In this document: piece after piece, positions 12,065 through 21,215 of the stretch | Position numbering within the stretch: the stretch's first letter is position 1 | Layout: each line of letters begins with the position of its first letter | NCBI RefSeq assembly: GCF_001457615.1 | Contig: NZ_LN831024.1 | Location: 900,001-932,000, forward strand | DNA: 32,000 bases | Origin: Pseudomonas aeruginosa | GTDB lineage: Bacteria; Pseudomonadota; Gammaproteobacteria; Pseudomonadales; Pseudomonadaceae | Direction of reading: 5' to 3' | Made by a program: the position numbers and the translations under genes | The notes under the pieces: generated by a model | The model's input: the letters and a program-made list of their open reading frames with translations, nothing else | Told to the model about the DNA's origin: nothing | Databases searched by the model: none

Positions 12065-12598
12065 TCAGCGGAACAGGGAGTCGATGTAGGCGGCGCCGAC
12101 GCCGATCTTGTCGTAGTGCTCACGGCACATCGCGATGTAGTCGTGGACGTCGAAGATGCCGTCCGCGTTGCCCTTCTCGTCGAGCCAGACCAGCGGTCCC
12201 TTGACGATGAAGAATGCACGCATCGGCTGCTCGTGCTCGTAGGCCACCAGGGTGTGGCCCTCGCCGGGCGTCTCGTAGACGAAGTCGCCGGCGGTGGCGG
12301 TCCAGTCGTGCTCCAGGTAGCCCCACTTGCCGCTGATGGTGTAGGCGAACACCTCGTGCGGGTGGTAGTGGCGGTTGACCAGGCCGGCGCTCGTCGCCAT
12401 CAGGATGTCGCACCAGCGGTTTTCGCTTGGCGAGATCCACAGCGGACGCGACTTCACGGTCTCGGTGAAGGGCACGTAGAGGCGCTCGTCCTCGGTCGGC
12501 GCGTTGCGCAGGTAGACCTCGGGCTTGGCGTCCGGCTTGAAGCAGTCGGGAATCGGTTGCAGGTCTTTCCAGAATTCACGGGTGGCGAGTTCGGGCAT
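12065..12598 (-). CDS. Cupin protein related to 2,4'-dihydroxyacetophenone dioxygenase
   Basis: NRHYHPHEVFAYTISGKWGYLEHDWTATAGDFVYETPGEGHTLV: cupin His/Glu metal-binding motif. Confidence 0.78.
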   Translation of the reverse strand: MPELATREFWKDLQPIPDCFKPDAKPEVYLRNAPTEDERLYVPFTETVKSRPLWISPSENRWCDILMATSAGLVNRHYHPHEVFAYTISGKWGYLEHDWTATAGDFVYETPGEGHTLVAYEHEQPMRAFFIVKGPLVWLDEKGNADGIFDVHDYIAMCREHYDKIGVGAAYIDSLFR

Positions 12599-12916
12599 GG
12601 GGCGGCCTCTGTCGTTGTTATCGTCGAGCCGACTCTAGCCATGGGCGGGCCTCCGGGTTTGACCCTGGCGGCCAGGAAGCTTGCGCTTTTCGGACATGGC
12701 CTGGCGCGACCCGCGACGCGCCGCCAAGCTGGCCTGCCCAGCGTCGGAGCCGGCTGGAGGGCGATTGACGGAGGAAAGGATTCAGATGTTAATGACGGGG
12801 TGCCAGGCGCCTCGCCGACCGACCGCGACAGGTCGGCGGAGCGGCCCGGCGCCTGGCCCCGGAGGCCTTGCCTGAGGTCCGGGAGGTCCACGCAGCGTTC
12901 GACGAGAAGAATAAAA

Positions 12917-13876
12917 ATGCCCGCACATGCCTTGCTCGAAACCCGGCGGGCCAGCACCCAGGACATTCCCCTGGAGCAGCGGCTGGCGTTCTGGGAGGAC
13001 TACAACGCTTCCATCCTGGTTGGCCTGAAATGTTCGTCGTATTCCCAGGCCGGCTTCGCCGCGACCCAGGACAACCTCTGCCTCGAACGCCTGCGGCTGG
13101 CCCGCATCGGCGGCAACGAGCACGTGGTGGAGCGCGACCGCTCGATGATCCGCGCAGTGCCCAAGGAGTCGATCTTCGTCTCCCTGGTGCAGGGCAGCCA
13201 GTCGTTCTTCTACCAGGACAACGGCTGCAACCTCCTGCAACCGGGCGAGCTGGTTATCTACCGGACCGACAAGCCCTACCTGTTCGGTTTTTCCGGACCG
13301 ATGCGGCAGTTCATCTTCGACATTCCCCAGGACGATTTCGCCGAGCGCTGCCTGCGCGACTTCAAGGGACCGCTGAAGATCGGCGCGGAAAGCCCGGTGC
13401 AGCGCCTGCTGGTGCGGACCCTCGGCGAGCGTACCCGGGATTTCCTCGACAGCCCCCATGGCGAGGATGCCGAGCGCTACCAGGAGGAAGCCTACGACCT
13501 GCTGGCGAGCATCATCAGCGACCATGCCGGCGAGCACCGTGCCAGCGCCCTGGGCGCGTCCTACCTGCTGGCGGCCAAGCAGTACATCCAGCAGCATCTC
13601 GACGAACCCGCCCTGAGCTGCGAGCGGGTGGCCGCCGCCACTGGCGTCTCCAGCCGGCACCTGGCGCGGCTGTTCGCCCAGGAAGGCAGCTCGCCCGGGC
13701 GCTACCTGCAGGAGCGGCGCCTGGAACGGGCCCGCCAGTTGCTCGCTTCGCCCCAGGGCCGGCGCCTGGATGTCGCCGAGGTCGCCTATCGCCACGGCTT
13801 CTCCAGCCAGGCGCATTTCGCCCGGGCCTTCAAGGCGCGCTACGGGATGACGCCGAGCGAGGCGCGTGGCCGCTAG
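12917..13876 (+). CDS. AraC-family transcriptional regulator
   Basis: 319 aa; C-terminal CERVAAATGVSSRHLARLFAQEGSSPGRYLQERRLERARQLL...VAEVAYRHGFSSQAHFARAFKARYGMTPSEARG. Confidence 0.92.
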   Translation: MPAHALLETRRASTQDIPLEQRLAFWEDYNASILVGLKCSSYSQAGFAATQDNLCLERLRLARIGGNEHVVERDRSMIRAVPKESIFVSLVQGSQSFFYQDNGCNLLQPGELVIYRTDKPYLFGFSGPMRQFIFDIPQDDFAERCLRDFKGPLKIGAESPVQRLLVRTLGERTRDFLDSPHGEDAERYQEEAYDLLASIISDHAGEHRASALGASYLLAAKQYIQQHLDEPALSCERVAAATGVSSRHLARLFAQEGSSPGRYLQERRLERARQLLASPQGRRLDVAEVAYRHGFSSQAHFARAFKARYGMTPSEARGR

Positions 13877-13923
13877 ACCCGACTACCGTACCTTTCCTCC
13901 TCCTACTGCCAAGGACCCGTTCC

Positions 13924-14340
13924 GTGACCGACAAGAAAGAGCAGATCGCCCGTTTCATCCAGCGCGAATTTCCCCAGACCCGGGTCGTGGTCGAAGCCGT
14001 CGGCGAGCGTAGCGCCACGGTCTGGCAGGCGGTCGACGCCAGCGACCTGCGCCCCGGCGGCACGGTCTCCGGGCCGACCCTGATGGCCATCGCCGATGTC
14101 GCGCTGTACGTGGCGGTGCTGGGCGAGATCGGCATCGTCCCGCTGGCGGTGACCACCAGCCTGACCATCAACTTCCTGCGGCGTCCCGCGGCGGACCGCC
14201 GGGTGGTCGCCGAGTGCCGCCTGATGAAGGTCGGCAAGACCCTGGCGATGGGCGAGGTCTCGCTGTTCTCCGAAGGCGACGCGGAACCGGTCGCCCATGT
14301 GGTCGGCACCTACTCGATCCCGCCGGCGCACCGCCGCTGA
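13924..14340 (+). CDS. PaaI-type hotdog thioesterase (GTG start)
   Basis: GGTVSGPTLMAIADVALYVAVLGEIG...TTSLTINFLRRP...ECRLMKVGKTLAMGEVSLFSEG. Confidence 0.8.
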   Translation: MTDKKEQIARFIQREFPQTRVVVEAVGERSATVWQAVDASDLRPGGTVSGPTLMAIADVALYVAVLGEIGIVPLAVTTSLTINFLRRPAADRRVVAECRLMKVGKTLAMGEVSLFSEGDAEPVAHVVGTYSIPPAHRR

Positions 14341-14403
14341 GGGCCTGGCCGGGTTCTCGGCGGCGGCTTCGAAACGCTGGCGGAGGATTCCTGGAGGCGC
14401 CGT

Positions 14404-14916
14404 TCAGGCCGCCCGCCGGGGGCATTGCAGGCGATGGAAGCTGCGGCTGAAGTAGACCAGGCCGTCGCCCTGTTCGAGGACCTGGATGTCCTCCAGTTCC
14501 AGCAACAGCACCGAGTGGGTGCCGATCTCCTGGACCTCGGCGATGCGTCCCTGCAGGTTGGCCAGGGCGCCGTGCAGCACCGGCAACCCGGCGAGGCCCT
14601 CGCGCCAGTCGTGGAGGGCGAAGCGGCGTTCCATCGGGACCTCGGTCATGCCGGCGAAGTGGCGGGCCACCTCTTCGTGTTCGCCGCTGAGGACGTTCAC
14701 GCAGAGTCGACCGTTGGCCTTGAACACCGTGTTCATCTCGCTGTTGCGGTTGATGCAGAGCATCAGCGTCGGCGGGCTGTCGGTGACCGAGCAGACCGCG
14801 GTGGCGGTGATCCCGCAGCGTCCGGCCGGGCCGTTGCTGGTGATCACGTTGACCGCCGCCGAAAGATGCGCCATGGCGTTGCGGAAGGCTTGCTGCCTGG
14901 GTTCGAGCTGGGACAT
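14404..14916 (-). CDS. hpaC: Flavin reductase component of 4-hydroxyphenylacetate 3-monooxygenase
   Basis: 170 aa; FRNAMAHLSAAVNVITSNGPAGRCGITATAVCSVTDSPPTLMLCINRNS, FSRSFHRL. Confidence 0.88.
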   Translation of the reverse strand: MSQLEPRQQAFRNAMAHLSAAVNVITSNGPAGRCGITATAVCSVTDSPPTLMLCINRNSEMNTVFKANGRLCVNVLSGEHEEVARHFAGMTEVPMERRFALHDWREGLAGLPVLHGALANLQGRIAEVQEIGTHSVLLLELEDIQVLEQGDGLVYFSRSFHRLQCPRRAA

Positions 14917-14945
14917 GGGGATAACCTCCGGAGGCGACGCGGGCG

Positions 14946-16508
14946 TCATTGGCGGATGCGATCGAGCACGTTGATGTCGTCCGGGTTGTGCAGGTGCGGC
15001 ACGGTCCAGCCGTTCTCGTCGTAGTCGCCCATGCACTGCTCGACCATGCCGAGCATGCCCTTCATCGCCCCGCTGCCGATCGCCTGGCGCAGGGCCTGCA
15101 TGCGGATCTCGTCCTGGCTGCCGGCGTAGTTGATCTCGTACAGCTCGTGGCGGCCGCCGAACTCGCTGCCGATGGCGTCCCAGAGCAGCTTGAGGATCTT
15201 GATCCGCTCCCGGTGGCCCATGCCGCCGGAGCCGCGGCAATAGGTGGAGAGGTACTTGTCGAGTTGCGGATTGTGCAGGTCGCGAACGCCGGAGGGCAGG
15301 TAGATCAGGCCGCTGGCGACCACCTGCTCGATGGTCTTCTTGATCTCCGGGTAGGCCTGCGGCGCCAGCACGCGGTAGGCCTGCAGGGCCTCGGCGCTGG
15401 GTAGGAAGGCGCCGCTGTGCCATTCGCTGGCGTTGCCGTACATGGCGTCGGTCAGCGACCAGAACAGGTTGCGCCAGGCCACCACTTCGCCGACCTGCGC
15501 CTGCACGCCGCGGAACTCCAGGGAGCCGGTGCATTGCAGGGCCTTGTAGAGGGCGCCGGTGATGAAGTCGAGCTTGACCGCCAGGCGGGTGCAGCCCTGC
15601 ATCGGGAACAGCCGGCCGAAGCCACCCTGGGGGAACCACTGCTTGCAGCGCTCGAAGTCGCGGTAGATCAGTACGTTCTCCCAGGGGATGAACACCTTGT
15701 CCATCACCAGGATCGCGTCGTTCTCGTCGAAACGGCTGGACAGCGGGTAGTCGAACGGCGATCCGGCGATACCCGCCACCAGTTCGTAGGAGGGGCGGCA
15801 GATCAGCTTCATGCCGGGGGTGTTCATCGGCGCGATGAACATCAGGGCGAAGTCGGTGTTGTCGCCGAGCAGTTGCGCCGAACCCTGGCCGACGAAGTTG
15901 TAGTGGGTCAGCGCGGAATTCGTGGCGACCACCTTGGCGCCGCTGACGACGATGCCGCCGTCGACTTCCTCGTCCACCGAGATGAACACGTCCTTGACCT
16001 GGTCCACCGGCTTGTCGCGGTCGATCGGCGGGTTGACGATGGCATGGTTGAGGTACAGGCAGGCTTCCTGGATGCGCTTGTACCAGGTTTTCGCGTTGTC
16101 CTCGAAACGCCCGTAGAAGCCCGGGTTGGCGCCGAGGGCGCTGCCGAAGGCGGCCTTGTAGTCCGGGGTGCGGCCCATCCAGCCGTAGGTCAGCCGCGAC
16201 CACTCGGCGATGGCGTCGCGCTGCTGGCGCAGTTCGTCGGCGCTGCGCGCGTAGCGGAAGAACTTGTGGGTATAGCCGCCGTTGCCGGTATCGGTCTCCC
16301 AGCAGAGCTTTTCCTTGCTCTGCGGATCGTGCAGGGCGTCGTACAGCCGGGCCATGGAGGCGGCCGCGTTGCGGAAGGCGGGGTGGCTGGTGACGTCCTT
16401 GACGCGGTCGCCGTAGATGTAGATCTCACGGTCGTCGCGCAGGCTGGCGAGGTACTCCTCGCCGGTGAACGGACGGGTGGCAGAGGCACGGAAATCTTCG
16501 GGTTTCAT
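14946..16508 (-). CDS. hpaA: 4-hydroxyphenylacetate 3-monooxygenase large (oxygenase) component
   Basis: 520 aa; KPEDFRASATRPFTGEEYLASLRDDREIYIYGDRVKDVTSHPAF, CWETDTGNGGYTHKFF, AINYAG-like GRHELYEINYAGSQDEIR: HpaB family (named hpaA in P. aeruginosa). Confidence 0.92.
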   Translation of the reverse strand: MKPEDFRASATRPFTGEEYLASLRDDREIYIYGDRVKDVTSHPAFRNAAASMARLYDALHDPQSKEKLCWETDTGNGGYTHKFFRYARSADELRQQRDAIAEWSRLTYGWMGRTPDYKAAFGSALGANPGFYGRFEDNAKTWYKRIQEACLYLNHAIVNPPIDRDKPVDQVKDVFISVDEEVDGGIVVSGAKVVATNSALTHYNFVGQGSAQLLGDNTDFALMFIAPMNTPGMKLICRPSYELVAGIAGSPFDYPLSSRFDENDAILVMDKVFIPWENVLIYRDFERCKQWFPQGGFGRLFPMQGCTRLAVKLDFITGALYKALQCTGSLEFRGVQAQVGEVVAWRNLFWSLTDAMYGNASEWHSGAFLPSAEALQAYRVLAPQAYPEIKKTIEQVVASGLIYLPSGVRDLHNPQLDKYLSTYCRGSGGMGHRERIKILKLLWDAIGSEFGGRHELYEINYAGSQDEIRMQALRQAIGSGAMKGMLGMVEQCMGDYDENGWTVPHLHNPDDINVLDRIRQ

Positions 16509-16666
16509 CATCGTCTCCAGTCATTGTTGTTATCTGCGCGAGAGCGCCTGGAGGGGATGATGGGACGGGGGCGGAGCGAGCTGAATGGCTTTTCCGGGGA
16601 ATGAATTGCACTTTCCATGGCCCCGCGTGACGCCCGGCCGCGAAGGGCGGCCGGGTGGCGGCGCGT

Positions 16667-16957
16667 TCAGCTTTCGGCGGGCTGCCAGGCAATCTCCAGG
16701 CTTTCGCTGTTGGCCATGCGCTGCAGGTGATCGGCGACCACGTTCTGCATGTGGGCGAGGCTGTCCTCGTCGGGGCTGTTGAGAGTCATCAGGACATGGT
16801 CGGGGTGGGCGAGCAGCTCGCAGTTGGAGTCGCCGAAGTCGATGAAGCCGCGCTCGGGTGTGAGTTCGACTTCGAACTTGTGGCCCCAGTGCTTGCACAG
16901 GCGATTGACGTAGCGTGCCGCCGATTCGGTACGGACATGGGAGGTGGAGCGGAACAT
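16667..16957 (-). CDS. DUF2218 family protein
   Basis: 96 aa; RYVNRLCKHWGHKFEVE...GFIDFGDSNCELLAHPDHVLMTL. Confidence 0.8.
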   Translation of the reverse strand: MFRSTSHVRTESAARYVNRLCKHWGHKFEVELTPERGFIDFGDSNCELLAHPDHVLMTLNSPDEDSLAHMQNVVADHLQRMANSESLEIAWQPAES

Positions 16958-16999
16958 GAAGCGAATCCTCTCGGTTGGGGATTTCCGATACTAACCTGC

Positions 17000-17021
17000 T
17001 GAGAGTCATTCTTATTCATCC
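17000..17021. promoter_or_regulatory. Possible Fur-box-like site (minus strand GATGAATAAGAATGACTCTCA)
   Basis: By-eye similarity of AATAAGAATGACTCTCA to AATGAGAATGATTCTCA-type Fur operators, 43 nt upstream of the DUF2218 start. Confidence 0.4.
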
Positions 17022-17168
17022 ATTTTGCAGGGGCTTTCGATAATCGCCCGGCAAATGGTCGGCCCTTGTCCGTGGGACAGGGCGAGCGCCCTACCGGAGC
17101 CGGCGGAAGTGTTTGCCGGATACGTCGAAAGCGCTCTCTCTGGAGGGAGAGGGCGAACGCCAGCGGCT

Positions 17169-17930
17169 TCAGGCCAGCCCGCCGTTTTCCGGCAGCAACG
17201 CGCCGCCATCCACAACCAGGGTCTGCCCGGTGATGTAGCTCGCCTCGTCGGAGGCGAGGAAGAGCATGGCGTGGGCGATGTCCAGCGGCTGGCCGACACG
17301 CCCGAGGGGGATGTGCGCGGCCAGCGCGGCGGCGTCGCCGAGGCTGCCCAGCGCCGGAGTCGCGACCAGGCCGGGCTCGACGCCGTTGACGGTGATGCCG
17401 TCGCCGGCCAGCTCCAGCGCGGCGGCGCGGATGAAACCGTTGACCCCGGCCTTGCTCGCCGCATAGTGCGAGAGCCCAGGGATCGCCGTGCGCGGGCCGG
17501 TCACCGAGGAGGTCACCAGGACGCGCCCGGCCACGCTGCGGCGCAGGGCGGGAAGGGCGGCCTGGGTCAGCCGGAAGCAGCTTTTCAGGTTCACCGCCAG
17601 GGTCCGTTCCAGGGTGCCTTCGTCCAGTTCCGCGAGGGCGCACTGGGGAAAGGCAGCGGCGTTGTGCAGGAGGATGTCCAACTGGCCGAAGCGCTCCAGG
17701 GTCGCGCTCACCGCTCGTCTCGCGGCGTCGTGCTCGCTCAGGTCGACGGCCAGCAGTTCGGCCGTGCCTCCGCCCAGGCGGATCGCCTCCAGGACGGCCT
17801 GGCCGCGGCTGGCGGTACGCGTCGCCAGCAGAACCCTGGCGCCTTCGGCGGCGAAGCATTCGGCGATGGCCCGGCCGATGCCCTGGCCGGCGCCGGTGAC
17901 CAGTGCGACGCGGTTCTCCAAGCGCCTCAC
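17169..17930 (-). CDS. Short-chain dehydrogenase/reductase (FabG-like, GTG start)
   Basis: NRVALVTGAGQGIGRAIAECFAAEGARV, HNAAAF, YAASKAGVNGFI, GQTLVVDGG. Confidence 0.9.
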   Translation of the reverse strand: MRRLENRVALVTGAGQGIGRAIAECFAAEGARVLLATRTASRGQAVLEAIRLGGGTAELLAVDLSEHDAARRAVSATLERFGQLDILLHNAAAFPQCALAELDEGTLERTLAVNLKSCFRLTQAALPALRRSVAGRVLVTSSVTGPRTAIPGLSHYAASKAGVNGFIRAAALELAGDGITVNGVEPGLVATPALGSLGDAAALAAHIPLGRVGQPLDIAHAMLFLASDEASYITGQTLVVDGGALLPENGGLA

Positions 17931-19312
17931 GATGGGCGCTCCAGCAGTTCGCCCAGGCAATCGCGGAGCAGGCGGTCGTGCAGTTCGACGTCCTCTGCGC
18001 GGGTCGCCGGGCAGGTCAGCGCCATGTTGTGGAATGGCGTCAAGAGCACGCCGCGGTTGAGCAGGTAGAGGTGCAGGCAGGCCTCGATCAGGCCGTTGCG
18101 TGCGTGGTGGGCCTCGCCGCCGTTGCGCGGGGCGTGGGTCATGAACAGGTACTCGACGCGCGCGCCGATGCGCGTCACGTGCCAGGGCAGGCGCAGTTCC
18201 TCGAGCGTCGCGCGGACGCCCGCCTCGAGCTGCGCGGCGAGCTGGAACATGTGCCGATAGGCGTCCTCCGTCATCACTTCGGCGAAGGTCGCGCGCATCG
18301 CCGCCAGTTGCAGCGCGTTGCCGGCCAGGGTGCCGCCAAAGCCGAAATGGTTGATCGCCTGCCCCGGTCGGAAGTGCGGCAGTACCGCCCAGATCCGCTC
18401 CGCCTGCGCCTGGCTGCATCCCCAGACGGCGCTGGGAATGCCGCCGGCGATGCATTTGCCGAGGACGAAGAAGTCCGGCTCGAGGCCATGCGCGCCGCTA
18501 TAGCCGGCGGGACCGCAGGAGATGGTGTGGGTCTCGTCGATGATCAGCGCCACGTCGTGGCGGCGGGTCAGTTCGCGCAGGCCGGCGTGGAAGCCTTCGG
18601 CCGGCGGGACCATGCCGACGTTGGTCATGAAGGGTTCGGTGAGCACCGCGGCGACGTCGCCATGGGCGAGGGCGGCCTCCAGCGCGTCGAGGTCGTTGAA
18701 TTCCACCAGGCGGGTGGTGGTGGCGTGGCGTACGCCATTGGGGTGAACGCCCGCGCGCGGAACCATGCGCCCGGCGGCGTCGAATTCCACCTGCGATTCG
18801 TCGACGCTGCCGTGGTAGTTGCAGTTGAACACCACCACCTTGTCGCGTCCGCTGAGCATCCGGCACAGGCGCAGGACGAAACGGTTGGCGTCGGTGGCCG
18901 AGGTGGTCACCTGCCAATAGGGCAGGCCGAAGCGCCGCGCCAGTTCGGCGCCGACCCACAGGCTGTCCTCGGTCGGCAGCATCAGGGTCGAGCCGCGCCG
19001 CGCCTGGCGGGCGATGGCGTCGGCCACCGCCGGTTGGGCGTGGCCGAACATGGCGCCGCTATCGCCGAGGGCGAAGTCGACGTACTGCTGGCCATCGATG
19101 TCGGTGACGCGCGCGCCCTGGGCCTCCTTCACCAGCAGCGGGCAGTTGCCCGGCCACTGTTGCATCCAGTGCAGCGGTGCGCCGTATAGCCAGTGGCGGC
19201 GGTTTTCCCGGTAGGCCTGGGCGGAGCGCGGATGCAGTTCGTCGAAGCGTCGCAGCTCGCGCTTGAACAGCGCTTCGACGCGGGCCAGGTCGAGGCCGAA
19301 GGTGGTGTCCAT
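17927..19312 (-). CDS. Class III (glutamate-1-semialdehyde-type) PLP aminotransferase
   Basis: FALGDSGAMFGHAQPAVADAI, VVFNCNYHGSVD, IIDETHTI, FVLGKCIAGGIPSAVWG, FGGTLAGN; overlaps the downstream SDR start by 4 nt. Confidence 0.92.
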   Translation of the reverse strand: MDTTFGLDLARVEALFKRELRRFDELHPRSAQAYRENRRHWLYGAPLHWMQQWPGNCPLLVKEAQGARVTDIDGQQYVDFALGDSGAMFGHAQPAVADAIARQARRGSTLMLPTEDSLWVGAELARRFGLPYWQVTTSATDANRFVLRLCRMLSGRDKVVVFNCNYHGSVDESQVEFDAAGRMVPRAGVHPNGVRHATTTRLVEFNDLDALEAALAHGDVAAVLTEPFMTNVGMVPPAEGFHAGLRELTRRHDVALIIDETHTISCGPAGYSGAHGLEPDFFVLGKCIAGGIPSAVWGCSQAQAERIWAVLPHFRPGQAINHFGFGGTLAGNALQLAAMRATFAEVMTEDAYRHMFQLAAQLEAGVRATLEELRLPWHVTRIGARVEYLFMTHAPRNGGEAHHARNGLIEACLHLYLLNRGVLLTPFHNMALTCPATRAEDVELHDRLLRDCLGELLERPS

Positions 19313-19320
19313 GGGCGTCC

Positions 19321-20145
19321 TCACAGGTCGTGGCGGGTCTGGTTGAGCACCTGGGCCAGGGCGCCGACCGGGAAGTTCACCGGGGTGGCGAAGTCGTCGT
19401 CCTGGTAGCCGAAGATCTTGCCGTCGGTGCGCCCGGCTTCCAGGTCGATCAGCAGCACGCCGAGGGTCGGCACGATCTTCTCGCGCCAGACGAACAGGTA
19501 CAGGCGTTCGGCCAGTCGGTAGCAGTGGCAGCGGTCGGTATCGGCCAGCCCTCGCTCGGCGCCGCGCAGGCATTGCCAGGTGTAGAAGGCGGGATTGAGG
19601 TAGATGTGTTCGTAGGCCTCGCTGGCGCTGTAGACGTAGCGGTTGCGCAGGCCGACCAACTCGTCGCTGGGGACGTGCGGGCAGGCGCCGGGCTGCCACG
19701 GGCGGTCGAGGCTGCCATGCAGGAACTCGGCCTCCACGCCGGTCAGTTCCCGGCCGGCCAGGGCCCGGGCGAACAGGCCCTGTTCGCAGGCCGCGCGGTC
19801 GGGCAGATGGCCGAGCACCGCGGTGAACGCCTGGTTGTCGAAGTCCAGCACCAGGCTGACCGAGACCGGCCGGCCGTTTTCCTGCTTGAGGAAATCCACC
19901 AGGTAAAGGTTTTCCCGCAGTGAACTGGCGCGGTAGTCCGACTCGCCGCTGGCACTGCCGTCGGCCAGGCGCCAGCGCAGGCGCTGCGAGTCGAAGGCAT
20001 GTTCGATGACCCAGCCGTTGGCGAAGTGCAGGACCCGTTCGAGCCCGGCGAGATCGCCGCAGGCGGGAAGGACGTGGTTGTCCGGAGCGAAGCCGTCGGC
20101 CAGGGCGCCGACGGTGATCCATCCGGAATGCGAGTGGGCGGACAT
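19321..20145 (-). CDS. MoaF-like (molybdenum cofactor biosynthesis F family) protein
   Basis: 274 aa; WITVGALADGFAPDNHVLPACGDLAG, LHFANGWVIEHAFDS, YFLVWREKIVP-type segment (LYLFVWREKIVPTLGVLLIDLEAGRTDGKIFGY). Confidence 0.72.
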   Translation of the reverse strand: MSAHSHSGWITVGALADGFAPDNHVLPACGDLAGLERVLHFANGWVIEHAFDSQRLRWRLADGSASGESDYRASSLRENLYLVDFLKQENGRPVSVSLVLDFDNQAFTAVLGHLPDRAACEQGLFARALAGRELTGVEAEFLHGSLDRPWQPGACPHVPSDELVGLRNRYVYSASEAYEHIYLNPAFYTWQCLRGAERGLADTDRCHCYRLAERLYLFVWREKIVPTLGVLLIDLEAGRTDGKIFGYQDDDFATPVNFPVGALAQVLNQTRHDL

Positions 20146-20234
20146 AGGGTTCTCCTCGTCGTGGGAAACCCATGCTGGCCTGTCTTCGAGTATCCCGATA
20201 TCGACCGGATGGTTGATAGGTCGATATGCCACGG

Positions 20235-20475
20235 AAATAGCACGGAGCGGCGAAGGGAAAGTTATCGAAGATGAAGTTTTAGATGAGTTTTCGTTTCTTC
20301 TTTTTTGGTTTTTTAGTTAATGGGTTCCTGTTCTTCTATAAGTATTTTCTGAATTTATTCTTATGTACTTATTGGCTGTTATCGGAAATGGACTACATAT
20401 GTTTTCGTATGATTATTATTTTTAAATCCTGTCTTTCTTTCTAGTATTTGGGTCTGCGTTTATCAGGGCGCAATC
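20235..20475. promoter_or_regulatory. AT-rich cupB upstream regulatory region
   Basis: Strong local drop in GC content with A/T tracts (TTTTTTGGTTTTTTAG, GATTATTATTTTTAAATCC) between the divergent MoaF-like and cupB1 genes. Confidence 0.6.
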
Positions 20476-20615
20476 TTCGGCTGTCGCGTAATGGTCGGAG
20501 GCGCTCTAGGCGGCCGTTCCGGTTGCGCGCAAAGGCTTGGCTACCTTGGCCGGTTCGTACTGCATCGGCTCTCCAGGGAGCAGCCAGGATGTTCCACAAC
20601 TCCAAAGGAAATCAG

Positions 20616-21185
20616 ATGAACAAGTTCAAACGTGCAATTCTTGCGCCCCTCGTTGCGTCGGGCACCCTTCTCGCGCTGATGTCCCCCGTGGCCCATGCGG
20701 TCGATGGGATCGTCAACTTCTCGGGCAACATCACCGAAGTCGCGTGCGATATCAACGGCCAGGCGCCGGGTGCGGGCAACGTCACCAACGTCGACCTGGG
20801 TATCGTGGCGCCGACCCATTTCACCGCCGTCGGAACCAACTCCACTTTCCAGGAGTTCGATCTGGTCCTCTCCGGTGCCGGCTGCACCAATGACAAGAAG
20901 GTTTCCATCGCCTTCGATCAGGTCACCAACGTCGACCGTATCAGCGGCAACCTGATGCTGATGGGGCCGTCGGAAGCCAAGGGCGTGCAGATCCAGATCT
21001 TCAACAATTCGGCGACCAACACCACGAAGATCCCGCTGGGCTTGGTCGAGGCCGCCCCGCAGAAGGCAACCGTCGTGAAGAACACGGCGACCCTGAAGTA
21101 CAAGGCCTCCTATGTGTCCACCGAGAAGGCCGTGACCGCGGGTACCGGCCTGTCCCGTATTCGCTACCTCCTGGCGTACGAGTAA
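20616..21185 (+). CDS. cupB1: Fimbrial major subunit CupB1
   Basis: 189 aa; signal peptide, VDGIVNFSGNITEVACDI, Cys pair, terminal RIRYLLAYE; first gene of a chaperone-usher operon. Confidence 0.9.
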   Translation: MNKFKRAILAPLVASGTLLALMSPVAHAVDGIVNFSGNITEVACDINGQAPGAGNVTNVDLGIVAPTHFTAVGTNSTFQEFDLVLSGAGCTNDKKVSIAFDQVTNVDRISGNLMLMGPSEAKGVQIQIFNNSATNTTKIPLGLVEAAPQKATVVKNTATLKYKASYVSTEKAVTAGTGLSRIRYLLAYE

Positions 21186-21215
21186 GCGGCGGTCGACGGA
21201 CGAAGAGGTGAGGCC

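Noticed and set aside
17927-20173. 748-aa fused ORF that includes the aminotransferase
   Set aside because: The N-terminal extension is out-of-family and lies antiframe to the MoaF-like gene; true start is at 19312.
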